Origin: Intoshia linei
Lineage: Eukaryota > Animalia > Orthonectida
Length of the DNA: 53,215 nucleotides
Assembly: GCA_001642005.1 (NCBI GenBank)
Contig: LWCA01000110.1
Coordinates: 1-53,215 of the forward strand
Direction: 5' to 3'
Below are positions 25,169 to 41,400 of the stretch, one piece after another. The position numbers were made by a program, and so were the translations under genes. The notes beneath the pieces are model-generated. The model saw only the letters and a list, made by a program, of their open reading frames with translations. It was not told the DNA's origin and made no database searches. How positions within the stretch are numbered: position 1 is the first letter of the stretch; each line of letters begins with the position of its first letter.

Positions 25169-28100
25169 TTACAAATTATATTTGCACAGAGCGGTCAATG
25201 GGTATATTTTGACATTTCCACTTGGAAGGGTAATTACAGCATGATCTCCATCCATTCCAATGACATTTACAACGTCCCCGCGTTGGATTTTGTGGATAGT
25301 ATAAGCAGTGTCTCCAATTTTTGGGAGAACTGGACCCAAAACATTTTCCGATAGGTGGTACGTTGCAGAATTAATCAATACAGTACATTTCTTTCCTAAA
25401 ATATTTTGAATGACGCCAATTTTATAGACAATTTCTGGAAATTCGCAATTTGTCATGACTTGAACAAACAGCCCAATAGTGATCCAATCATCATAATCTG
25501 CATTTTTAATGGCCGATTTTTGTTTATCATTACTGGATTCTTTTAAGGCTACATCTGAATCGATAGACAAATCGTCATTTTTGTTGACATATTTAGGCGT
25601 GGAAACATCGTAAATATTAGAATCCCAAACAGGAGATGTAGGTTGATGACTAGGAGTAGCTCCACCATAATGAGGGGTAATTCCATCAATTTTAACATTA
25701 TCTGGAGTGTTTGTTTCAATTGAGCCAGGTGTTTGATAAGACATCATAGGAGTCATTCCACTGTGCATTGGAGTTTGGTCTCCGGCGATAGGGGTTTGTC
25801 CGCTGTTTTGAACTGGCGTAAATCCACCTGAATTTGGAGTAACTCTACTAGTCATTGAATTATTTACATTAATGGGAGTGAGTCCCAGATTATGGTGCTT
25901 GTAAGACCGCTCGTCCGAGTTTATAGACATTCTACTTTCTGACAAGGGTGTTTGATTTCCCATGTGTACAGGGGTCCGCCCACCAGTTATAGGTGTCTGT
26001 GAACCAAGAGGAGTTGCTCCACCAATCATTGGAGTGTGCCCTTCGGCAATAGGAGTCTGTCCGCCAATTAAGGGCGTGTGACCACTCATGTATGATTGAC
26101 TTCCAACCATTGGAGTTTGACTGCCCATCATAGGGGTATTTGCATCGTAAATTGGTGTTCTAGATCTAATTTTTACATCAAACCGTGACTGAATTGAAGG
26201 TAAGATATCATCAGACGCTGGAATTCCACTTTGTACACGGCATATGGTGCCGTCGTCATTAATAATACGCACACGTTGTAAATCGACCATAATTGTCTGA
26301 TTCTTAGCATCCAAATCCATTTTAACCGTAGTATCACCCACATCCTTAATATACCCACTATACCCCTTGTAAGGACCTTTGATAATTTTGACACGCTTTC
26401 CAATAATTTTGGTATTTCGTCGTTTTCCCGATAAATATTCCTTAACATTACTCGAATCGTCCGTAGCATGAATATTTGGGGATTTCATGTATTGAAACTT
26501 TTCTTCAAATGATGAATTAACTGTCTTGAATACTGGAGCATTACTAGTTCCATATAAACACAAATTATGCGCAGAGAAAGATACTAACCCAGAATTGACT
26601 AAAACATCCGTAAATTTAACAAAAGCAAATCCACGAAACATGTGAATAATTTTGCCTCTCTTACCTTTATATTGCCCACTAGCAACACAAACGATATCTC
26701 TGGCAGTAATTCTATTATTTCCACTGTCTATAGCGACGGGAGGTCTACGAGGATAGCAAAATGGTAAAATTTCATTTTTCTTGATGCGTCCGCACCTATT
26801 ATGCATATCCAAAACTTTAACATGATGTTTTTCTACTTGAATCACTATGCCAACATTTTTATTTGTCAAACGAACCACGTCTCCATATTTATATTCGGAA
26901 CCTTCCACAGCAGTGTCAGATTTATAACACGATAATTGAATATCTCTGCACAAAACCTTGATTTCTTGAAGACTATTATCAGACAATACAATACCGGTCG
27001 GTTCTTCAACTTTAATTAATAAACCAGATTCAGATTTATATCTACCTTGCAACACACGAACATGGTCACCAACTAAAAAGAATCTTCGCAGTTCTGATAC
27101 ATCAAATTCTAAATTTTCAATCAATTTTTCATGGTCCGGGGTGATTGTTACAACATTTTCATTAATTTTCACAATTTTACCCTCTAAATTTTTTAATTCA
27201 CCTTCAGTGACTATAACACGTTCTCCTTTAATAAACGCATACTTGTTTTGGTAGTTTGTTTGGTTTATGCTGTAATCAGAAATTATAGTGTCAACCAAGT
27301 CTTCGCATTCATCATCATCGTTTTTGACATTAAATAGAGTTAATTCGGACAATTCTGGAGTAATTCCTTCGTGTAACAATAAGCTAGCTTTAAAACTTTT
27401 AATCAAAAACCCATCTGCGTCATAGGTGGACCCTTCAAATTCGTGCCCACTAGCCAAAATTGAAGCACGCCCTCCAATACTCTCAATTTTTTCAACATCA
27501 AAAATTTTCTGAAATGGTCTCGTTTTAACTCTAATCGTATTTTCAGTTTTCATTACACCTCTCATTTTATCATAATCAATACGAGGCAATAATTTCAACA
27601 GTACATCATTTTTGTTCATATTTACTTCAATTACCTTGGCTAAATCGTTTTTATATTTCCCAGACTTAATACGTACCCACATGTCTCGTTTAATGTTTTT
27701 CATTGGGAAAATAGTTGTCATGACATCAACCATTTCATTAAGAGGGACCAATTTGGTATTAAACTTGAAAAAAGCACTGATTCCTTCTATACCATCATTG
27801 ACTTGAGATTTTAAATTAGCTTCCATGTAAAGATACCCCTTAAGGTTATCCTTGATGATAACTGAACAATATTTGAATTTACCCTCATATTTAATAAATT
27901 TCCTAAGCAGTAATAACGCTGCTTTACGTTCTTCACCAATTCTACATCGCAATACCCATAATTTTGGATCATCCATTCCAGGAATATTACGTTGTTGGGA
28001 AATTGACTTGCTTATGACTGGAGTACATGTAGGACTGTCAAATTCGTCAATCTCATCGTCGTCGTCTTCCTGGTGAGCGTATTTTTCTTCCAAGTACTTG

Positions 28101-28390
28101 ACGTTTATTTTATCACGGCGACTGTAATCTGTGTAACCAGTTTCTAGTTTGCGCTTTTCAGTAGATATTTGTTGGTCCATGTATCCGTCTTCCTCGACCA
28201 ATTCATCTTCTTCGTCGTCTTCTGCAACGTCGGCTTCGTCAATAATGAAATCAGATTTGAATTTTTTTAAGTTTGGTTCCGTTTCATCATTATCCTCACT
28301 TTCTAAACTATCGTCCATTTTTGATTCCAGTTCACTGTCGGTATCACTCTAGAATACGATTAAAGTGGGTTCAAATTGTAAATTTACCAT
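25169..28390 (-). CDS. SUPT5H: Transcription elongation factor SPT5 (ATG mini-exon plus one ~3.2-kb exon)
   Basis: Acidic N-terminus, NGN domain (DPKLWVLRCRIGEE...KGYLYMEA), several KOW motifs and G-x-x-T-P CTR repeats; M|SDTDSE across the intron 28351-28387 region. Confidence 0.97.
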
Positions 28391-29227
28391 GTTTAGCATT
28401 TTTGATTTATATAATTTTAATTTCAAATTGAATCAACTTTAAATGTTACTTGGTTACAAAATGTATTTTATTTACAAGTGAATATTTTTCAGTCATTTCG
28501 AAATAAATACTAATTGCCAATCAGTAAATACTAGTATGTATTAGTAAATAATTAGTATAGTATGAAGCGTATTGGGGTAGTCGTGACAAATTTTTATCTC
28601 CCGATTTATCCCTAATTGATATCGATAAAGAAACATTAAATTAATGAAACAAACACCTCAGTTATGTATTTGCTTTGTATTTTGTCTGTCGAATTAATTT
28701 CAGGTTAAAATTTAGCCTAGATATGAGCGGGCCAAATTATTTATTGTATTATAGTTTGAGCCAAAATTATATTAGATTGAGTCTAGACCAGTTGCTATTA
28801 AACTTTTTTGTGGACAATGGTGGAATCCTTACAATAAAAAGACCTGAGTCACAGAGATGTGACTAATGGCCATATGGCATTACTAATAATTAAAGAAAAA
28901 AACTTTATATGTATTCAAAATTTTAAAAGGCACATCCCAGTTTGAGAACCACCTTACTGAACAACTAAAATTTACATAAAATATTGGTGATTAAATGTTA
29001 AAATACGCTGTGATCGGAAAAATATAAATTTGTTAAATTTAAATTTTTTCTGTAAATCAACTGGATAAAATTGTCTGAGAATAATTACTAATTAGAGTAA
29101 TAAAAATGTAAATGCAATTAATTTTATTTTCAAATTAAAGCCATCTTTATTTTTGATAATATTTATTGAAATGATTCAATTCAGACTCAATTCTTTCTGT
29201 GTCTCTTACATAAAAATATAAATTAAA

Positions 29228-32404
<3,177 letters not shown>

Positions 32405-32435
32405 TAAAATTTATGTGTTGTATATTTACTAACGG

Positions 32436-32607
32436 ACGGTTCCACCTGAAACAAATTTGGGAACCACTCCTTTAAAGGATTGATAATAGTGAATAGTAGG
32501 ATTTTTAAATTAGATTTTCAACGTGAATTTATTTTTTTGGTATAATAAAAGAGTGCCCTCGGCAGAGCTAGGTGCTGTTTGTACGTAGTACAAAACAGCC
32601 AAGCTAG
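32436..32607 (+). mobile_element. Helitron 3' fragment just downstream of the NSUN4 stop codon
   Basis: Near-identical to the reverse complement of 2955-3128; hairpin GCTGTTTGTAC..GTACAAAACAGC followed by CTAG^T. Confidence 0.8.
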
Positions 32608-32979
32608 TAAATATATAAAATGACCACAGATTTTATAATAGATGCAGTATAACTTTTTTAAAATACACGAAGAATGCAATACAATAATAATTATTATTGT
32701 ATCACATCATTATAATATGATAAGTATGTTATATTTAGGTATATTAAATTTGAATTTAACTTTTTACCCCAATTTGTTGGGCAGTAATATATAAACATAA
32801 TAAAATCTGTTAGGGACACCACATGGAAATATTTGTTATAAATTATGTTGGGGCGTAAAAAATTCGTAAGGATAAAAATGGACCATGACACTTAAATGAT
32901 TGGGAAACACTGGGTTAGATCTTAGGTTAGGTTTTATTTTAATCGAAATATTTGTTAATAATTTATTAAAAATTATTTT

Positions 32980-33441
32980 TCACCGGGAATGCGTAGATTT
33001 TTGGTGTTGAAATTTTGCATTTACATCAACTGGAAGAAGCTCTATTAGAATAATTTTTTTTTTTTTAGTTTTCGGGCAGTTAATTATTTCATATTTTTTG
33101 TTTTAATAAAATATTTTGGAAAAAAATATATGAATATTAAAATGATTTTTTGACCGTGAATGCGTAACTTATTCAGATTGAAAATTTTTGTGTGCGTTAA
33201 CAGGATACAACTGTACGCCTGCAAATTTTTTTAAATTCTAGGGCTGTTTTCATTAAAAAAAAGTGTAATTTTGGGTTTTGGTCCTGAAGATATATTTTTT
33301 TAAATTTATATTTATGATTATAAATGACCCTGGAAAAAACTTTAATTGAAATATGGACTTTATAAAATTCTAAGAGTGGTAGTTATTGAAATAAACGATA
33401 ACACACACGCAGACAAACAAAGCATATTATATAAGTAAGGA
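32980..33441 (-). mobile_element. Helitron 5' fragment
   Basis: The minus strand begins A^TCCTTACTTATATAATATGCTTTGTTTGTCTGCG and is colinear, with a deletion, with 7405-7980. Confidence 0.8.
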
Positions 33442-33675
33442 TTTTAGAGAATGTCTTTTCACACAAATTGTTCCAAATATTGATAGCATACAATATGTGT
33501 ATCTTGAAAATTTTATAAAATAAATAATAAATATAACGTATAATTACATTATTACTCTTTTTTATAATTCTAGGATACGTTTCATTTTTAAAAAAAATGG
33601 ATAATTGGGGTTTTTGACATTAAAAACTTAATTTCTGAATACAATTGAATTAAAATAATTTTAATATAACAATAA

Positions 33676-34855
33676 TTACAAGACAATACTTGAAATTGTT
33701 CCCAAACACAACCCAATTGCATGTCCAGATAGAGTTGAAATTAAACCAGTTTTCGGGTAAATCTTTAAATTTAATTTTACATATACATTTTTTATATTTA
33801 CATTAAATTGCATTGTATATATTTTTTAAACATTAAGATTCATAAATACATAATGTATAAAATCTCTGTAAATTAAAAATTTGTAACTTTTCACTGTTTC
33901 ACGGATATTGGACAGTACTTATTTTATACAATAATCAGGGTTCGTCAAATTAGACCATATATCCCTTGGGAGGAGGGACAATGACATATTTTTAGATGAT
34001 TAAGATATTTTGGCCGAGAAAAAGTTTATTAATATTTCATAGTCCATGGGATGTGTATATTGCAAACGAGGAGCGATAACTAAAAAAGTGTATAACCTTG
34101 TTTTAAAATTTAAAGAAAATCTTATTTTTGGGCAGGTTGGTATTTGAATTTGCTTATGGTCAACGACTTGTTATAAATCCCGGGATATTCTTGATTGGAA
34201 AAATAATTAAACAAGATTGTATTCAGACGTAAAAATAAAAAATACATTCCAATCAACACTCCAATCTAAAATCAATGAAAACGGTCCAAATATTGTTCCG
34301 ATGATAGTGAATACAGCTACAAGCATGAAAAATATTTCATTTTCTGATATTTCCAATTTTTTGCTAAAATATAATTAAATTAAATATACGCGAGTAAAAT
34401 TATTAACACATACAAAGGTGTAAATAAAATGTGTCTACATTTTTCGTAATTAATTTGGCACAATCTTGCATATGTGGATAACAAAACTGTTAAAACTATA
34501 GAATATCCGATTGATTCAATAAATTTACTAAATTTTAATCATGTTCATTTAAGTTTAAAAATACTCTACAAATGGAGCACCAAATAGTATCAAAATGATG
34601 TGAAAGACGGGAATATAAAGTAATGATTTTACAATTTTCTAAATAAAATATAAATTTGAAAAAATAAAACGAAATATTTATTACCGAACCGTTTTTTGTA
34701 AATTCATTTAAATTCAAGATAATCATTGTCACTAATTGCACTGAAGCCGTCAACAGTGAATAAAATAAGATACGTTGATGTGAAAAGTACAAAATTAGAT
34801 AAATTAAAACAAAATCCACCAAAATCCAAAATATATTCAAAATATCTCTTTTCAT
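33676..34855 (-). CDS. PIGF: GPI ethanolamine-phosphate transferase accessory subunit PIG-F (5 exons)
   Basis: VFHIILILFGAPFVD|KFIES...IGTIFGPFSLILDWSVDWN|IYP...SGHAIG matches PIG-F FHxIxVLxGAP and GAxxGxxxxxLDWxxxWQxWP. Confidence 0.85.
33936..34200 (-). mobile_element. hAT element 3' end with decayed transposase C-terminus, in a PIGF intron
   Basis: Terminus ...AATTTGACGAACCCTG; broken frames EYPGIYNKSL and RLQYTHPMDYEIL resemble a hAT dimerisation region. Confidence 0.45.
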
Positions 34856-35288
34856 GTATATTATTGGAAAAATCGGGCTGAAAATGAAAACTGTAGCTAC
34901 ATAAAAATAAATTTTATTGTATTTTAAAACTATTTATTTCAAGTACGTTTATGTCTGGGAATTGAATGTTAAAATTAACCAAACAAATGCAAATGTTTAT
35001 TAAAAAAGAACGCTAATTATATTTATCAATGTAGTGATTCATGGAATCTGGTTGACAGTAATTTCAATGGTTCATTTTACGGTAAAATTCAATTGATTAC
35101 CAACAATAATACACAATGACAAATAAATGTACGATTTTTGATTCATAATTATTCAATTACAATTCACTGTTATATTAATTTTAAATTAACAGATGATTAA
35201 AATTAACAACAAAATGTATTTTCAAATTTGTAATGAAAATAAACTTAAATTAAAATTACAAATCATATTATCGAGCAAAATAAAAAAC

Positions 35289-36860
35289 ATGGGAAAAGGG
35301 AAACTATTAAAGAAATTTCCAAATCAAAAAAAGCATAAAAAATTAAACAATTCGATAAAACCAAAAAACAAGACAAAGAAGAAGGAAAAAATAACTGCTG
35401 AAAAAACAATTTTATTTAAAGCAAATTTCAATGAATCTAAAATTGATCAAGTTTGTAATTTGAATTTTAATTCTCATTATTTAAATAGAATGATTGGTCG
35501 AACGAAGGAGTTGTATATTTAGGGCATATACCACATGGATTTTTTGAAAATGAAATTAAATCATACTGTTCTCAGTTTGGAAAAGTTTTGCATGTTAAAT
35601 TGGCACGTAATCCAAAGGTTCATTTTTATTTTACAATTTTTTAAATTTATTACCAAAAGTATGCATTATTACTAATCTATTAGAATAAGTAAAATTTGCA
35701 TTTACATGTCAATAAAGAGTTACAGATTTTCTAAACTGACAAATATGATTTGAATTAAATTTTTGAAAAACCAAAATTGATTTTTCTTTTAAATTTTCAA
35801 GTTTTTTTTAAGCACATGATCCTCTTTTGAGTCGAAAGTGTACTTTTTGCCTGGATTTATTATATAACTCATTTTATATTAAAAGCCGAAATAATTGAAA
35901 ATTTTAAATTTTGAAAAAGGTGTACTAATTTTCACAACTGGTCCGGTCCAATTGGTTTTTTCTTCCATAGTAAAGTGGTCCGTTTAATCTGTCGCTAGTA
36001 GCGAATCGCTACTTATGTTTCAATATTCACGACAGTTTATAAATTTTAGCTTATATTACATTAAACGGTTAATTATATTAATTAATATTTTATAATTTAG
36101 ACCAAAATGTCACAGGGCCATGCATTTGTACATTTTAAATCGATGGCAGTGGCTAAGGTGGTTGCACAAAACATGAATAATTATCTAATGATGGACAGAG
36201 TTTTAAAGTGTAAGTTTAACATTGATTCATTTTTGCTGACAATTCAGCCATCTATTTACAAGATTTTCAATTAACATTTATCAGTGATTTTATTGTAATT
36301 TTCGTACCGATATAAAAAATTGATAAACTTAAAAATTAGTTTTTTCTGATGAATAAATTAGGCAATATAATGATTTACAAAAATCAAACACAGTTGAGAA
36401 TTCTCAACATGATCCGATCATGATATGGACCCCTGGGTCCTGGACTATAAAAAAAATAGCTTTTTGAATTATAATTATATTCAAGTTTATTTTAAAGTAT
36501 CATCCATGATAAATGAAAACTGTTAAGGTTGAGAATGCCTGCCATAAACCCGTTAATAGTTTTGTAAGAAAATTACCCTAAGACATAAAAATTTATATCA
36601 GTGTCGCATAAAAAAATATTTTATTTTTTATACTTGGAACTTTTTAAAATGTTTTAATTTTATAAAGTGGTCCAATACGCACAAACGGTAAGCGAGACTG
36701 AACAAACACTTACATTTAATATTTAAATTACATAAATTTAGGTCACGTGATTCCTAGTTTTGATGTAACACCTGAATCATTTAAAAACAAGGAAGCTGAA
36801 AATCACATTAAAATATTTAATGATAGATTTGACGAAAAAATAAAAAATTGTAAATTGTAA
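35289..36860 (+). CDS. NIFK: Nucleolar RRM protein NIFK/Nop15 (4 exons)
   Basis: Lys-rich N-terminus; GVVYLGHIPHGFFENEIKSYCSQFGKVLHVKLARNPK|TKMSQGHAFVHF...VAKVVAQNMNNYLM...LKC. Confidence 0.92.
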
Positions 36861-36868
36861 ACATAAAA

Positions 36869-38270
36869 TTAAACTTTTTCCTTCAATTGTACTCGATATT
36901 GAGTGAGCCAGTCCTTTTTAACCGGAGATTTATGATATAAAACTGGTTCATTATAAAATTTTTCGCAGTTTAGATTTGATAAATTTTGATTCATAAAATG
37001 ACAAATTTCTAGAGGTGTTTTTTTTGATTTGTAAAATTTCGTTATAGGATTTTGAATAGGTGGGTTAATTTGAGTTTTTGAAATTGGATAATTATTCACA
37101 TTTTCTTTATTATACCTCCAAAATTTGATTAATGCGTCATCTCCAGCTGTAACCAAAATTTCACCATTATAATGAGTTGACGCTACACAAGCAGCGTCCA
37201 GGTTCGTAGAATGAACAGATTTGGATATGACATTAGTTTGATTAAATTGTCTTTCTAGTAATGAAACAGCAATCATATTACCGTTAGATGAACCAAGAAA
37301 TAAAATTGAGCCATTGTAATTCAAAGTGCTCTTGGAAAAGTAACTAATCCTTGAACTATGGTTAATACTTGAATGCCGCTCCCATTCATTGCTTTGATTT
37401 AAAACGATTTTAACAATATTGTAGACACAAGAGACGTATATTGTATTCATTTCTTGATTAAAAACCATATTTACTGGAGAAAAGTCGGTTCTCACGTTTT
37501 TGCGTTCAAACATTATGGTATCAAGGTCAACGGACTGCAGATTAGATGACGCGTTGACTTGCTTATTTTGTAGTGAAATTGTTTTCAATCGTCTTGCGTC
37601 CCATAGTTTAAGTTTACAATCTCTAGATCCGCTAGTCATGAATTGTAAAATGTTGTCACTCGCTTTTTTAACACATGTAACGCTGCAATTGCTTTTAATG
37701 GGTTTTTGTCGTTTCTTGAATATTACGTCGTGGCTATTTTCTAGGATAAATGTTGGATTTTCAGTTCGTGTATCCCATAAAATTATATTGCCGTCTCTAC
37801 CTCCACCAATTAAAACATTTTCATCAAGAATATCTATTGTTTTAATGCTGCATCGATGATTACTCATCATATTTACACTTTTATGTGAGTTCACGTCCCA
37901 AATTGCCATTGTATCTGTCGCTGAAGCATTTATTACTCGGTTTAGATTATTTCCAATTCCCCATATAACATCAAACGCAGATCCTCTCGATACTTGAAAT
38001 CTTGTTCTCGACATTTCATTTTCACGACATCCAACGTCAAAAATGTGCAAAAAACCATTATCCTAATTTTGTATTTATTTACAATTAAATTAAAATTACT
38101 TGACTTAACGCGCACAAATTTTTGTAATATTTGTTGAAATTAATATTCAAGGGTACACCTTTTGTGCTTGTTATGCAGTAATCTGTTGAAAATTGTTCAT
38201 TTTTATGACAATTTAATCTATTCAAGTATTTATTCAGGTAATTTTTTTTCCAATATTCAATTTCATCCAT
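36869..38270 (-). CDS. DTL: Denticleless/CDT2 WD40 substrate receptor of CRL4 (2 exons)
   Basis: AFDVIW...WDV...HRCSIKT...GGRDGNIILWDTR...TSGSRDCKLKLWDAR...SYFSKS...TAGDDALIKFW follows the CDT2 WD40 order; a PIP-box-like QNPITKFY lies in the tail. Confidence 0.8.
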
Positions 38271-38400
38271 TTTTCATTTTAAATTACATCAAATGTCCTG
38301 GTATTTATTTACTTTTAAAATTCCGCCATTTATTATCTATAGATACAAATACTTAAATTGCTATGAATTAATAAATTTTTAGTTTATATTATTATTCCAA

Positions 38401-38408
38401 TTTGGCGC
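38401..38408 (+). promoter_or_regulatory. Consensus E2F site in the DTL/RACGAP1 divergent promoter
   Basis: TTTGGCGC (TTTSSCGC) in a very AT-rich 192-bp spacer; related TTCCGCCA at 38321-38328. Confidence 0.6.
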
Positions 38409-38462
38409 AATTTTTAACAGACAACATTTTACAAATTGAATTCAATTATTTTTAACTTTACA

Positions 38463-41400
38463 ATGGATACAGCTAGCTTTAAAAAAGTTCAAGAAATTTT
38501 GACAGTTTATACCAATGCTGCAGAAACTATAATTGAAAATCGATTAAATGCCAATAGAGGTTTTTATTTGTACATTTTGATTGATTTTGGAAATTGGAAC
38601 TTGGAAAAAGTTTTTGGAATTTACATTTTTTTAGATTTCAATCGAGTTGTAAAACATTTAAAGAAAAAACATGAAAAATCAATTGTAAATCTGAACGAAA
38701 AGTATAAGGAAATGAAGAGTGATATTGAATCTACCAGTTGTAAACTTAATCATGCAAGGTAATTTATTTGGTCTTGGACTTATATTTATGGACTTGTATT
38801 TGGTACTCTAATTAGTGGGTTACAAACAAAATATTTTGTAACGCTTCATGTACATTGCGGCAGCGTGATAAAAAGAGATTAGCCAATTGTTTAAAACCAC
38901 CAAATAAACCTTTAAGTTGATTTAAATTAAGTTGTCCTTTGACCGGTTGAAAGGTATAAAAATTTTTAAAATGCTGCATTAGGCACATTCTATATTATTT
39001 CACTAATAGATGGTTCTATATAAAATATTTATAATCATTTTAGGGAACAGTATTCGGCTGAAATTGAACGACGCAGGATTATTCAAAATCGATATAATCG
39101 ATTGGTATCAATTTACTATACTGACATTGGGAGATATTTTTATCACTAACGGAGATTAATTTCACATTTTATACATTGAGTCGAAATTTAAAAGTTACTC
39201 ATAAAATGTGGTACAAAGGAATTTAATGGTCATTTACATTTAAGTTATTATTATTCACAATGTTTTGTAGGAGAGTTGTACAATGTACATTTACATCGGG
39301 TGAGGATTATAGAGATAAAAATGATACGGTCATGTCATATATTTATACACGGTTTGACGCTCTTAATTTGTCTTGTTTAGAGGAAACAATTGAAACAAGC
39401 AAAACTAATTTTATTTTCGGATACTAGTGAAGTTTCTCAAAAAAATTTGCGAAAATTGGCTTTTCTTAATGAAACAGCTCACGAAAAAACTCATGAAAAG
39501 TAATTTTTAATATTCATGGATATACATAATTTGTGGAATCTCAAAGGATTTTATATTTAAACGATTTATCTTTAAATATAATTAAAATTAATATATTTAA
39601 TATTACTGTCCATAATTTCTGAGAATACTGAATATTTTTCATCACATTAAGATGATAGAAGAAAGTTGTATTCTACACTGTAATAATTGTTTGAACTTAT
39701 AAGTTGTGTTTTTTTGTTTCTAGAATTAATGGTATTTATGACGATTTTTAGGGTATTAACACTACATATCACTCAAAAAAGTTTGGGTTATAAACCATGT
39801 TTTAATAATATTAATGTTTATACAGTGCTTTTATATTTGGTTTTGCACTTTTCAACAAAGTTTTTATGCTTTTCAAAGTAGTTTTTGCATTGTATCTATA
39901 CATCAATAAAAAATAAAAAAAGAGATATTTACTCTAATTCAATTATGATACAATTTATTTACAATTACAGGTATTTCTTATATAAATTTGACACGTGAAA
40001 TTTTAAAATTTTATTTACGTTAAATCAGGCATTGTTAACCCTTTTTCGCTGTGGATCCCCAAAAAATTAATAATAATGACAATTTTTAATGAATCATTAC
40101 ATTTGGGTGAAACGCATGATGGTCAAAAGACATGGAGTACTCTATTTTTGCGAGGTGATAAACTTGATGAATTATTAATATTAACCTTTAATCCGTCAAT
40201 GTTCCTAAAATCGAACATGTTTTTCAGGTATTGTTTACAGTACATTATTAATTGTTTATTACATATTTTATTAGATCAATAAAAAGTCTATATTATCTAT
40301 CATCCCTGTGAAAAATTAATATTTTATATCCCTTGGTTGATGTTTCATAGAATTATGAATATTGACTGATTTTTTGTCCCATTTTCAATTTGAAATTTAA
40401 AGCTTTTTTTATGACTAGAAACTTGGCTCGGTGATAAATTTTAATAAAATAATTAAATAAAACGATGCTTTTAAAATAGAACAATGGAGGTTTCCTAATA
40501 AGTTTTTACACTTGTAAGTAATTTATTTTTACATGATTTTAACGTTTTATATTAGTATTTCTGCGCCTTTATGTTTTAAAAACGACTTTATGTTACTGAA
40601 AATGTCTATAATATGTAATAAATGTATATAATTTTCATAGACCCCGTTGAGAATGGCTGCGTTAAATTGATAATGAATGAATCAGTATTGTTTAAAATCA
40701 AGAATTTTTGCTATGAATAGAGAAAAAATTTCTTATAAATGAATCGTAAAATATACTTAATTGAAAATGAAACATGAAGAAAGTTATTCTGCTAAATATT
40801 TATAAAACTAAAATAAATTTACACGTCGAAAAGTTATATAATTTAGTTACATTATCAATTAAATAATTCGTTAATAAATCTGTTAACATTTTATCCCATA
40901 ACTCAGTATTTTTAAGGGTTGGTAAAAGTGAATTGTTTATGTAAGATTTTTGATTCAATATAATTTTTTCCTAGAATTAAGATGATGCCCTCGCCAGTGA
41001 GATATACTATATGTACGAAGTACATAAAGGTCAAGGTATTGCGACTGTATTATAAGAAGATTTTTTTGATATAATTGATAGAATTTAATTTTCGTAAACT
41101 TTGAAAGTTATGCAAAATATTATTTATCGATTAACTCGCTATTAACGAAAAATACATTATCCGATCTAACTACGTGTATGTCAAATGGTTTCACATTACT
41201 GATTTAAATATTGTAATTATGAAATGTATGATTGAAGCGTAGTATTAATACATTAATTTTAGCCTTGACGAATCGGGTTCTGTTTTTTCTGATATTGATT
41301 ATGATCGAACAATGGACATCGACATGGATATGGATTCATATTCTGAAAAACCTTTCGAAAAGGTATTTTGATTGATTAATATGACGATCTATGGAATTCT

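Noticed and set aside
14096-28352. Short ORFs antisense to PPP4R3, the PRR14-like gene and SPT5 (also 37500-37859 within DTL)
   Set aside because: They are shadow frames of real coding exons with no independent features.
33676-33762. Rhomboid protease (SGHAIG resembles the catalytic His helix)
   Set aside because: The upstream exons give the PIG-F GAP and LDW motifs and no GxSG.
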